Positions 1-7,738 of a stretch of 64,000 nt of DNA are shown here, in pieces. A program made the translations under genes and the position numbers. Position 1 is the stretch's first letter. Each line of letters opens with the position of its first letter. The stretch lies in the IMG/VR virus record IMGVR_UViG_3300031857_000027; one strand, written 5' to 3'. Source of the DNA: a virus. A model generated the notes under the pieces. That model was not told the origin of the DNA. It did no database searches and saw nothing but the letters and a program-made list of their open reading frames with translations.

Positions 1-54
1 ACATTCTTCCACTGTTCGTGGCCGATACTTTTCTGTCCATAGAAGATGTTCCAT
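1..54 (-). CDS. gp44: Clamp loader large subunit, N-terminus only (runs off window)
   Basis: Manual translation of the minus strand from ATG at 54 gives MEHLLWTEKYRPRTVEEC, containing the W-x-EKYRP clamp-loader/RFC motif; lies downstream of gp45 as in T4-like phages. Confidence 0.9.
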   Translation of the reverse strand, partial: MEHLLWTEKYRPRTVEEC

Positions 55-86
55 GGTAACCTTTCACAAAAATCATAATGTAATAT

Positions 87-115
87 ATTATATCAGTCAG
101 CGTTCAATTTTGCAA
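87..115 (-). promoter_or_regulatory. sigma70-type promoter for gp44
   Basis: Minus strand TTGCAA-17 nt-TATAAT, with TG of an extended -10. Confidence 0.65.
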
Positions 116-308
116 GCACTTCAAGATATGGTTCTTTAACTTGCCAATCAATATTATTGACACCGTAAATAACAGTTCTTGGTTGTAGTTGTGCATTTGA
201 ATCTGGCTGAATTAGTTCAAAGACTGATGCAACAATGTCTTTATTGATAGCGATTGAATCACCATCGTGGTTTAGTGATGCATTTGTAAAAATAACAAAC
301 TTACCCAT
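93..308 (-). CDS. Hypothetical protein (71 aa)
   Basis: Fills the gap between gp45 and gp44; SD-like AAAGG upstream. Confidence 0.7.
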   Translation of the reverse strand: MGKFVIFTNASLNHDGDSIAINKDIVASVFELIQPDSNAQLQPRTVIYGVNNIDWQVKEPYLEVLAKLNAD

Positions 309-310
309 GA

Positions 311-991
311 TTAACCTTTCTCATATTTTGAGCCTGCTTCAGTTGCAATCCAATACTGAATGCTCATTGATTTGTGTTTGAAGTGTGCAATACCCTTTGA
401 AGAGATAGTTACTGAATAAGCACCAGCAAGCATCTTCAAATTCTCTGTTTTGAACAGCATCTTGTACTTGTCACCATTGCTCTTTGACACTTCAAGAGAT
501 TCTGTGTGTGCTGCATCATTCTGCAAATCAAATGCAGTTACAGAAACTTTACTACCATCAGATTCAATAGCAATATGTGGTGAAGAAAGGACATTGGCAG
601 CACGAAGAATCCAATCAAAGTCTTCTGCACTCAAATCAAATTTGATTTCTGGATTGTTGAGTTCCAGATTCTTATCTGGTGCAGCAACGATCATGCTTGA
701 TGCACAGAAGCGATATTTGATTTTGCTGCGACCTTGTAGACCAGAGATGAGAACATTTGCCTCATCAAAGTCAATCACAGGTTCTTCTTTGTGTAGTGAA
801 AGAACGGACAAAAAGTTGTTCAGATCATATACACCAAACTCTTTTGGAATTTCTTCAGAGACAACAGCCTCAGCAAGAATATTCTTATGAGTAGAAATGG
901 TACGAATTGTTTTGCCTGGTTTGAAAAGAATGCCTTGATTAATACTGGCAAAGTTTTTCAATACAGACAGAGTTTCATTTGAAAGTTTCAT
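311..991 (-). CDS. gp45: DNA polymerase sliding clamp
   Basis: N-terminus MKLSNETLSVLKNFASINQGI and C-terminal YWIATE; 226 aa; adjacent to gp44. Confidence 0.95.
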   Translation of the reverse strand: MKLSNETLSVLKNFASINQGILFKPGKTIRTISTHKNILAEAVVSEEIPKEFGVYDLNNFLSVLSLHKEEPVIDFDEANVLISGLQGRSKIKYRFCASSMIVAAPDKNLELNNPEIKFDLSAEDFDWILRAANVLSSPHIAIESDGSKVSVTAFDLQNDAAHTESLEVSKSNGDKYKMLFKTENLKMLAGAYSVTISSKGIAHFKHKSMSIQYWIATEAGSKYEKG

Positions 992-994
992 GAT

Positions 995-1264
995 TTATTT
1001 CCTCGTCAAGTCATGATTATGTAAGGCCATTATAGCATAGTGTACAACTTTTAACAAGTCATCTCGATTATAGCCGTTCTTTTTGCCGTAACGCTGTGCA
1101 TACTTCATGATGTTTCCAATAAAGAATCCTTCACCGTGCCCACAGTCTATAATGAATTCTGAAGTTTGGAATTTGTTTAGTGAGTAGTGTTGACCGTATG
1201 TCTTGTCGATGTATTTTTTTAACTCTTCAAGAATACGGTCTTCACTGTATTTGTAGTCGATCAA
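995..1264 (-). CDS. DUF3310-like small protein (putative nucleotide kinase-related family)
   Basis: QHY...GFFIGNIMKYAQRYGKK...DLLKVVHY motif typical of this family in T4-like phages. Confidence 0.65.
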   Translation of the reverse strand: MIDYKYSEDRILEELKKYIDKTYGQHYSLNKFQTSEFIIDCGHGEGFFIGNIMKYAQRYGKKNGYNRDDLLKVVHYAIMALHNHDLTRK

Positions 1265-2076
1265 AGTCTACCGGTATACTGAGCAACAGCGGGCATGTTG
1301 CCAGTAAATGCGTATGTACCGATATGCTGAGTTCTCATCCAAGGACACAACCAAATGTTTCCACCCATCTTGCGCCACATTTGACAGAACATATAATCTT
1401 CTGACAGATAACGCTCAGAGCCACCACCAACACATGAATCAGTTGTGTCAATCACGGTATCAAAGTATGCATGAATGTAACGTGAGCCATCGAAATGTGC
1501 TTGACCAATATGATCGGGCTTATAACGAATGAAAGGATATTCTTCTTTCATCTTATCAAACACCTGACGCTTGATCATCATATGACCTGTACCAATTTCC
1601 ATTACTTCTAATGGCTCGGATACTTGGAATTGTTGTGTGCCTTTTACTACGTTGAATACGTATTCACCAACAAGATTCTCAAGTTCTTTTGGATTCAGGT
1701 CTGGATGTTTGCGGGCTGTTTCCGCAATGTTGCCCCAGTTGATTGACTTCTTGGGATAAGGACCACCAATAACATCTTTATCTAATGCCATCAGTGCTAC
1801 GATATCATTCGGATCAAAGTGAATGTCCGAATCAATGAACATCATGTGTGTAAAATCTGTGCGTAGAAACTCATCTACCAAATAGTTTCTTGCTCTTGTG
1901 ATGAGTGATTCGTTGAAGAGAAAAGAAAACTTTGTTTCAATGCCATAACGAATCATGATAGTTTGTAAGTCAAGGCAAGACTTCATATACAAACCGTGAT
2001 TCATACCACCATACATTGGTGTAGCCACGAACAGTTTATTCTTTCTCAGTTCTTCAAGGTTAACTTGTAATTGCAT
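1261..2076 (-). CDS. Putative GT-A fold glycosyltransferase
   Basis: LFVATPMYGG first strand, ESLITRARN, FIDSD (DxD), GTGHMMIKR and LSEDYMFC (ED motif). Confidence 0.65.
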   Translation of the reverse strand: MQLQVNLEELRKNKLFVATPMYGGMNHGLYMKSCLDLQTIMIRYGIETKFSFLFNESLITRARNYLVDEFLRTDFTHMMFIDSDIHFDPNDIVALMALDKDVIGGPYPKKSINWGNIAETARKHPDLNPKELENLVGEYVFNVVKGTQQFQVSEPLEVMEIGTGHMMIKRQVFDKMKEEYPFIRYKPDHIGQAHFDGSRYIHAYFDTVIDTTDSCVGGGSERYLSEDYMFCQMWRKMGGNIWLCPWMRTQHIGTYAFTGNMPAVAQYTGRL

Positions 2077-2087
2077 AATTTATCCAT

Positions 2088-2127
2088 AAAAAAAGAGTGA
2101 GAACACATAATATATATGCTCTCACTC
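2088..2127 (-). terminator. Intrinsic terminator between the wHTH gene and the glycosyltransferase gene
   Basis: 15-bp stem with 2 GU pairs, GAGTGAGAGCATATA-TAT-TATGTGTTCTCACTC, followed by T7. Confidence 0.75.
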
Positions 2128-2146
2128 CACCAGTTTCTAGCCTAAT

Positions 2147-2410
2147 TTAGGCAAACGCTTCTGCTCCAAGAACAGCATGTGCCATAGCAACCATTTCTTT
2201 GGTTGGTTTGCCGAGTTTGTAGTAAGTGATACGACGACCATCAGCAAGAGTTTTCTTGTTGGTATAGATGCAGTAGCCTTCAGCACGAAGTTCTTCAATG
2301 CGGGCACCAACGTTTACGATACCGAAACGGGCACGTGCTTGTGCAGAAGTCAAGGTATTGTAAGGACCGTCCTTAGAAAGGAACTTTAGAATTTTCTCTT
2401 TAGCAGACAT
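2147..2410 (-). CDS. Small winged-HTH DNA-binding protein
   Basis: LTSAQARARFGIVNVGARIEELRAEGYCIY helix-turn-helix plus wing; has its own promoter and GGAG SD. Confidence 0.7.
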   Translation of the reverse strand: MSAKEKILKFLSKDGPYNTLTSAQARARFGIVNVGARIEELRAEGYCIYTNKKTLADGRRITYYKLGKPTKEMVAMAHAVLGAEAFA

Positions 2411-2481
2411 TCAATTTACTCCATAAAAATTAGTCGCACGAAAAATGAATAGTAGAGGCGACTTTTCTCTACATAGTTAAT

Positions 2482-2510
2482 AGTATATACAAAAAAAGAG
2501 AGTGTGTCAA
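2482..2510 (-). promoter_or_regulatory. Early sigma70 promoter
   Basis: TTGACA-17 nt-TATACT. Confidence 0.85.
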
Positions 2511-2517
2511 CACTCTC
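2491..2517 (-). terminator. Intrinsic terminator after the DUF262-HNH gene, overlapping the next promoter
   Basis: GAGAGTGT-TGAC-ACACTCTC followed by T7. Confidence 0.75.
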
Positions 2518-2535
2518 TTAGGCAATAGTGAAAAA

Positions 2536-3912
2536 TTAAGCAAATGTTACCGCTTGATCAGACCAACGATTACCTTTTTTATTGTTGTATTCAGCGCAAA
2601 CAAGTTGACCGTTTTCAATAGTAGTTTCACCACCTAGATCGTGTGGTAGAATGTGATCGGCTTGCCACTTTTTGTGATTGTTGATCTCATGTTCTGGAAT
2701 TTCTTTACCAGTTTTAGGGCAAACACCACCTTGTTTTGACCATAATTCATACTTCTGTGCTTGTGTATAAAAACGTTCTTTATCACGTGCAGTCACAAGT
2801 TTACCAAGGCAATCAACTTTATTGAACTCACGCAACAAAGTATCTTTACGTGCAGTCAATTCTGGTGCAGACATGGTATCATTACATGAACTATAAGTAC
2901 GTGATTCACCACCTGAAGTTGTCATGATTGGTTTATCATTTGCAATCAAACGATTCTCTGTAGCCATAAACCACTTGAAAAAATCACCTTCATTCAAAAT
3001 TTTCATGTTGTTGTCTTGAATATGTGTAGTCAACATATAAAGATTGAATAATGTTGATGAGTTTTTAAAACCATCATCAGCATATTTTTTCACAAGGCGC
3101 AGAACTTCTTCAATGCGTTTCTCTGCACGATTTGTACCACGTGATACCGCAGAGTCATCTTCATAGGCTTTTTTCTTTTCACCCAATTGAATTGTTTTTT
3201 GGGTGCCAAACGTTGAGTAAATTGCCATTGAAACAATAAAGTCATCAATAGAACGGCGAACAAATTGTTTCTCTGTTGGAAAAACTTTTTTCAAAACTGG
3301 ATAGTGTTCTTTAACACGATCACGAACCCAACCCGAAAAAGGAACTAGAATAGCATTTAGTTTTTCTTGTGAGTTAAGAGATACACCGTCATTGATATTC
3401 AAAAACAATTGTGTCATATCATAACGTGTAGCATTCGTATATGCAACATAAGCCACTTGCACATACTCATCAACATATTTGCGGAAAATTTTCTTGAATG
3501 TATTATAATTGTCGCAGGTTTTATCAACGTGTACCGTTGTACCATTAGGCAGTGTATAATCTCCATGTGCAATGGAAATTTTGCCTTCTAAAAATTCATT
3601 GATAGTAATGGTGCGGTTGTTACCGTCAATTGAAATCCATTCATATCCTTGGTCTTGCCAATATTTGAAGTATTTCCAGTCATCTGAACCCTCGATAACA
3701 TTTTCAAGGCACTTCTCGACATTACAAAGAACAATTTTTGATGGTGCCATGCCTGTAACAAGTGATGTTACAAATGCGGTTTTTGTATCATCAGACCATC
3801 GTGCAGATGATTGAAAGGAAAGGTCTAGACCTGTTTTTTTACGCAAGTCAAAAAGTTGCGGATCAATAAGTTTGAAGGATGCATTATAGCAATGCAGTGT
3901 ATTGTATTTCAT
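2536..3912 (-). CDS. DUF262 (ParB/Srx-like) + C-terminal HNH nuclease, GmrSD-like
   Basis: FQ...W, IDGNNRT (DGQQR-like) and FLNINDG..L...E motifs; C-terminal CPKTG...ADHILPHDLGGETTIENGQLVC..YN HNH domain. Confidence 0.8.
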   Translation of the reverse strand: MKYNTLHCYNASFKLIDPQLFDLRKKTGLDLSFQSSARWSDDTKTAFVTSLVTGMAPSKIVLCNVEKCLENVIEGSDDWKYFKYWQDQGYEWISIDGNNRTITINEFLEGKISIAHGDYTLPNGTTVHVDKTCDNYNTFKKIFRKYVDEYVQVAYVAYTNATRYDMTQLFLNINDGVSLNSQEKLNAILVPFSGWVRDRVKEHYPVLKKVFPTEKQFVRRSIDDFIVSMAIYSTFGTQKTIQLGEKKKAYEDDSAVSRGTNRAEKRIEEVLRLVKKYADDGFKNSSTLFNLYMLTTHIQDNNMKILNEGDFFKWFMATENRLIANDKPIMTTSGGESRTYSSCNDTMSAPELTARKDTLLREFNKVDCLGKLVTARDKERFYTQAQKYELWSKQGGVCPKTGKEIPEHEINNHKKWQADHILPHDLGGETTIENGQLVCAEYNNKKGNRWSDQAVTFA

Positions 3913-3952
3913 AATTTCTCCTAGTTTAGTTTCTGACCAGTAGTCAGAGTTT

Positions 3953-3994
3953 AAAAAAGTGTCACTTACTTAAACATTGTTTGTTCAGTGACAC
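3953..3994 (-). terminator. Terminator/attenuator hairpin in the leader of the DUF262-HNH gene
   Basis: GTGTCACT...AGTGACAC followed by T6, located between the promoter and the start codon. Confidence 0.55.
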
Positions 3995-4001
3995 AAATAT
4001 A

Positions 4002-4030
4002 ATCCTAACAGAGGACTAAGCCTCTGTCAA
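4002..4030 (-). promoter_or_regulatory. sigma70 promoter
   Basis: TTGACA-17 nt-TAGGAT. Confidence 0.65.
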
Positions 4031-4033
4031 GAA

Positions 4034-5215
4034 TTAAAACGGCTGTTCTTCAGAAGTTGTTACCGGTTCAATCTGTTCAGTTGATACCAATTCACTAGGA
4101 TCAATACCAGCATCAATCTTAGTATACAGATCAAGGAAGGTAATCTTAGTATCGGCATCAAAACGATTCAAGCAATACTCAATCGCTTTTTTCTTATCAC
4201 CGTAAATACCGAATGTTTTCACAATGTGTACCAAACGGCGGGTTGAAATAACCTCATCACAACCACCATCAGCAAAGGTATTACGAATCGTATTAGCCCA
4301 AGTAACTAGATTTTTGGCAAATACATCATCAGAACGACCGACTGAATCAAGTTCTTTGTTGATAATTTTTTCTTCAATACGTGCAGGTGGAAACTCTTGC
4401 TCCATTGTATTTGGGAAACGCTCAAGAAACGCCTCATTCAATACATTGGTAAACATATAGCGACCATCTTCAGAGCCTTTACCTTTTGTGTTAGCGGTAG
4501 CAAACACGGTAAAACCTGGCGCAGGTGTAACCAGTTCATTCTTTTTCTTTAGCAAGAATGGCTTACCCTCAAGTACCCGTTGTAAGCAGGAAAGATTCTG
4601 AGCGCCGTAGTCAATCTCATCAATACAGAGTACAGCACCTTGGCGGGCTGCCACAGTCACAGGACCGTCACGCCATTCCATTTGACCGTTGATCAGAACA
4701 TAGTTACCAAGCAAATCACTCTCATCAGAATCAGGTGTCATTGATACGCAAACGAATTTGCGTTTTGCTTTGGCGCAAGCCTGTTCAATACTCATGGTCT
4801 TACCGTTACCAGATTGACCAGTGATGAACACAGGGAAGAATTGTTTTGATTTCACAATTGACAACACATCATCAAAGTTGCCAAAAGGAACATAGTTGTC
4901 ATATTGAAAAGGAACCAGATTCTCAAGTTCAAGATCAGTTGTCACATTTGCAATACGATTACCTTGCACAGGTTCGGGTTTTGCCATAGGTATTACCTGT
5001 GCAGCCAGACTGATGGCTGGTGTAGCACCAGAGGCGCCAGGAACACGATATACACCACGTTTGACCTTATTACTCTCATCGTTAGTGAACCAGTAGGGAA
5101 TCGCCAGACCAGCATCGGAGGCAATGTCTTTCACTTCTGACAACGATACCTCAGCCTTACCAGTTGCATTAAGAGCATCAATAAAAGCCTGACGTTTATT
5201 AGCACGACTTGTCAT
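4034..5215 (-). CDS. cobS: MoxR/CobS-like AAA+ ATPase
   Basis: Walker A GQSGNGKT, Walker B LCIDEID, ATANTKGKG and NEAFLERF; matches the phage 'CobS' family. Confidence 0.85.
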   Translation of the reverse strand: MTSRANKRQAFIDALNATGKAEVSLSEVKDIASDAGLAIPYWFTNDESNKVKRGVYRVPGASGATPAISLAAQVIPMAKPEPVQGNRIANVTTDLELENLVPFQYDNYVPFGNFDDVLSIVKSKQFFPVFITGQSGNGKTMSIEQACAKAKRKFVCVSMTPDSDESDLLGNYVLINGQMEWRDGPVTVAARQGAVLCIDEIDYGAQNLSCLQRVLEGKPFLLKKKNELVTPAPGFTVFATANTKGKGSEDGRYMFTNVLNEAFLERFPNTMEQEFPPARIEEKIINKELDSVGRSDDVFAKNLVTWANTIRNTFADGGCDEVISTRRLVHIVKTFGIYGDKKKAIEYCLNRFDADTKITFLDLYTKIDAGIDPSELVSTEQIEPVTTSEEQPF

Positions 5216-5247
5216 AATATAAATTCTCCATCACTTTAGGAACTACC

Positions 5248-5276
5248 ATTATATAAGGATACCACCACTTTGTCAA
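5248..5276 (-). promoter_or_regulatory. Consensus early sigma70 promoter
   Basis: TTGACA-17 nt-TATAAT. Confidence 0.9.
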
Positions 5277-5290
5277 GCGGTGGTATGTTA

Positions 5291-7579
5291 TCAAACTGCT
5301 ATCATACCGATGAAACGTGATACCAGAACACGGTTGACTTGACGATTTTTGGTATACTTACTGAACGCCTTGGTCAAAGTTGAGGTGGTAACTTTTGTTG
5401 GTGCCTCAAAGTCTTCATCCTCAATATTCAAATCACTACCACCTGGTAGAATAAAGAATGATTCATAGCCAACATTCTTTGATTCAAGATACTTATCTTT
5501 GCGAATCAATTTCATGTACTTTGAATACGCATCTTTCAATTGATAGTAATTCTCACGTGGTGATTTACGCAGTTCATTAATTTCATCATTAAACAAACGG
5601 CGGCGTACAGCATTTTTCATCATGTAGTTGGGCGACAAATAGAAGCCGATGATTTTTACACCGGTTGTTTTCGTCAACCAATTACTAATGGCAATACGAA
5701 TACCATCATCACCTTCAGGTACCGCTTGTTGAATTTTGTTTTTCTTATCACATAGAAAAACGTTCTGATAATTTGTACTGAAGAAGTTTCGGTTGCCATT
5801 GATGCTTTCACCTTCATTCGGTTTGTGATATGAATTGATATCATCAGCATCACCATCATGAACCACACACAAGTTTACAATATCAAGATTGTTCACAGTG
5901 CGGAACTCTTTGATAATTGATTGGCAAGCAATCATCGCCTCAGTCAACGGTGTATTGGACAGTGAATCGGATTGTGGGCGATAAAAATTAGCACCTCTAG
6001 AATAACGACCACCAGACCAAGCATTCATGAGACACAGAATATTCTTTGTTGCCTTAGAAAATTCTGAGTTACTCATCTTTGAGTTAATTAACTCACGAAG
6101 ATACACCGAAGACAAGTGCATCTCACGATTGTTTTCAGAGAAACAACCATAAGATTTACCTGTACCAGGTTCTTCACGGTAGTCAATCGTTTCACGAACA
6201 TGATCAGCATTACCGAAACCATATGCTGCAAATGGAATGTTTACTTTGCGGCAGAAGGTAGCCAACACAAGTATCTGTTCATATGATGCACCAAGATTCT
6301 CTGACATTGAACCAGACTTATCAAGCAACAAAATCAAGCCGTGCGATTTACCTTTAGGCACACGCATAACTTTTTTGAAAATGTTATCATCAATCTGATA
6401 TTTGAAAACACGGCTTACATCAATGTCACCAGTTGACGATGTTTTCGCTTTAGAAAACTTATCGGCAGCCTTACGCATCTCAAATTCTTTTGCCAACAAT
6501 GAAATGAATCGTTCATTCTTACGACGAAAATCATTGTACAAAGTATTGGCAATTGATTGATAGTCAGAAGGTCGCTGTTTTGAAAACTCTTCAGTCAGAA
6601 CTTCCTGTACACGTTTTGCTGGTGTGACAATCTTTGTCAGATTCGGCTTAGGTATATCAACATAAACATACTCACGTGCATGTTTCGCAATGAGTTTGCC
6701 TTCATTCTGACGGAAGTTTTCATCAGTCTCACACCGTGGTTCGGGAGTTTGATCCTCACGTACACTCTGAGATTCTTTGGTGCGATTTACACCATCTTTG
6801 TCTTCACCCTCATCATCACCTTCCTCTTCACCATCTTGGCTAGCGTTTGATGCCGATTCATTTTCTTGATCACCATCTTCACCTTTGGCTTTAGTCTTAG
6901 ATTTTTGTTCACCTTCGCCATCAGTCTCAGCATCACCTTCATTTGAACCAGGTTGGGTTTCATAATCTTCATCACCCTCATCGGACTCAAAATTATCTTG
7001 AGGCATATTAGTCTGAGACTGTTCTTCTTTTGAATAGTCCCAAATCTCATTGGTAACTTTGAGAACATCATCCCATGTTTCACAGGTCTGAACACGTTCA
7101 ACAAACTCCTGTTCTTTTGCATTGAATGCAACAGGAATGGTGTAGCCAGATTTTGAATAGATGTTCAAACGGTCAATGAACGACATTGTATTAACATCAC
7201 GACCAGCCAGACCAAAGAAGTCTTTGTCCATGAGTTCATTGAAACCGTTGACAAACGAACGGCGCAGACCAGGATAACGGCGCTTTTGTCGTTTTTCAAT
7301 ACGTGCATCTTCAACTACATTCAAAAAGCCTTTGTAGTTTGCACCACGTTCATGTACAGCACCATGCCAACCATCGGCAGGAGTATCAATAGCGTGACCA
7401 ACTTCATGACCCATTAGCAAGTCATAAAGGTCGCCTGACATTTGTTCCCAAATAGGACAGGTTAGAACACGATTTTTAGGATCAAACATTGCCGTTGGAA
7501 CTTTGGCATGTTGAACGATAAGATTCTCGGTGGCCATGAGTTTGGCCAGACCGGACTTTTGATTTTGAATGTTACTCAT
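5291..7579 (-). CDS. CobT-like protein: N-terminal HExxH metallopeptidase-like domain, acidic linker, C-terminal VWA domain
   Basis: HEVGH, NVVEDARIE, D/E-rich linker, MIDAS LLDKSGS, TPL and HDGD; adjacent to the MoxR AAA gene. Confidence 0.8.
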   Translation of the reverse strand: MSNIQNQKSGLAKLMATENLIVQHAKVPTAMFDPKNRVLTCPIWEQMSGDLYDLLMGHEVGHAIDTPADGWHGAVHERGANYKGFLNVVEDARIEKRQKRRYPGLRRSFVNGFNELMDKDFFGLAGRDVNTMSFIDRLNIYSKSGYTIPVAFNAKEQEFVERVQTCETWDDVLKVTNEIWDYSKEEQSQTNMPQDNFESDEGDEDYETQPGSNEGDAETDGEGEQKSKTKAKGEDGDQENESASNASQDGEEEGDDEGEDKDGVNRTKESQSVREDQTPEPRCETDENFRQNEGKLIAKHAREYVYVDIPKPNLTKIVTPAKRVQEVLTEEFSKQRPSDYQSIANTLYNDFRRKNERFISLLAKEFEMRKAADKFSKAKTSSTGDIDVSRVFKYQIDDNIFKKVMRVPKGKSHGLILLLDKSGSMSENLGASYEQILVLATFCRKVNIPFAAYGFGNADHVRETIDYREEPGTGKSYGCFSENNREMHLSSVYLRELINSKMSNSEFSKATKNILCLMNAWSGGRYSRGANFYRPQSDSLSNTPLTEAMIACQSIIKEFRTVNNLDIVNLCVVHDGDADDINSYHKPNEGESINGNRNFFSTNYQNVFLCDKKNKIQQAVPEGDDGIRIAISNWLTKTTGVKIIGFYLSPNYMMKNAVRRRLFNDEINELRKSPRENYYQLKDAYSKYMKLIRKDKYLESKNVGYESFFILPGGSDLNIEDEDFEAPTKVTTSTLTKAFSKYTKNRQVNRVLVSRFIGMIAV

Positions 7580-7668
7580 TTGATAACCTCGTCAATCACT
7601 GAGTAACCATTATATATGGTTTGACGGGGTTTGTCAAGCACATCAGAAAAGTGTTGCAAAAAAGACAT
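7576..7668 (-). CDS. Putative 30-aa leader ORF, MSFLQHFSDVLDKPRQTIYNGYSVIDEVIK (not in ORF track)
   Basis: GGAGGT SD 4 nt before the ATG, downstream of a consensus promoter; its stop overlaps the next start (ATGA). Confidence 0.4.
   Translation of the reverse strand: MSFLQHFSDVLDKPRQTIYNGYSVIDEVIK
7609..7637 (-). promoter_or_regulatory. Consensus early sigma70 promoter (proximal)
   Basis: TTGACA-17 nt-TATAAT. Confidence 0.9.
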
Positions 7669-7697
7669 CAATACCTCCATATCAAACTGTACACACC

Positions 7698-7726
7698 ATT
7701 ATAACTGGTATGCTGGAGATTGTCAA
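7698..7726 (-). promoter_or_regulatory. Consensus early sigma70 promoter (distal)
   Basis: TTGACA-17 nt-TATAAT, with an A-tract upstream. Confidence 0.9.
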
Positions 7727-7738
7727 GTTGCTTTTTTG

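Noticed and set aside
2536-3912. Free-standing HNH homing endonuclease
   Set aside because: The HNH is fused to a full DUF262 domain, which is not a homing endonuclease architecture.
4034-7579. Cobalamin-biosynthesis auxiliary genes (cobS/cobT) supplying the B12 radical SAM
   Set aside because: No cobN or other cob genes are present; the phage family is better explained as a MoxR/VWA pair.
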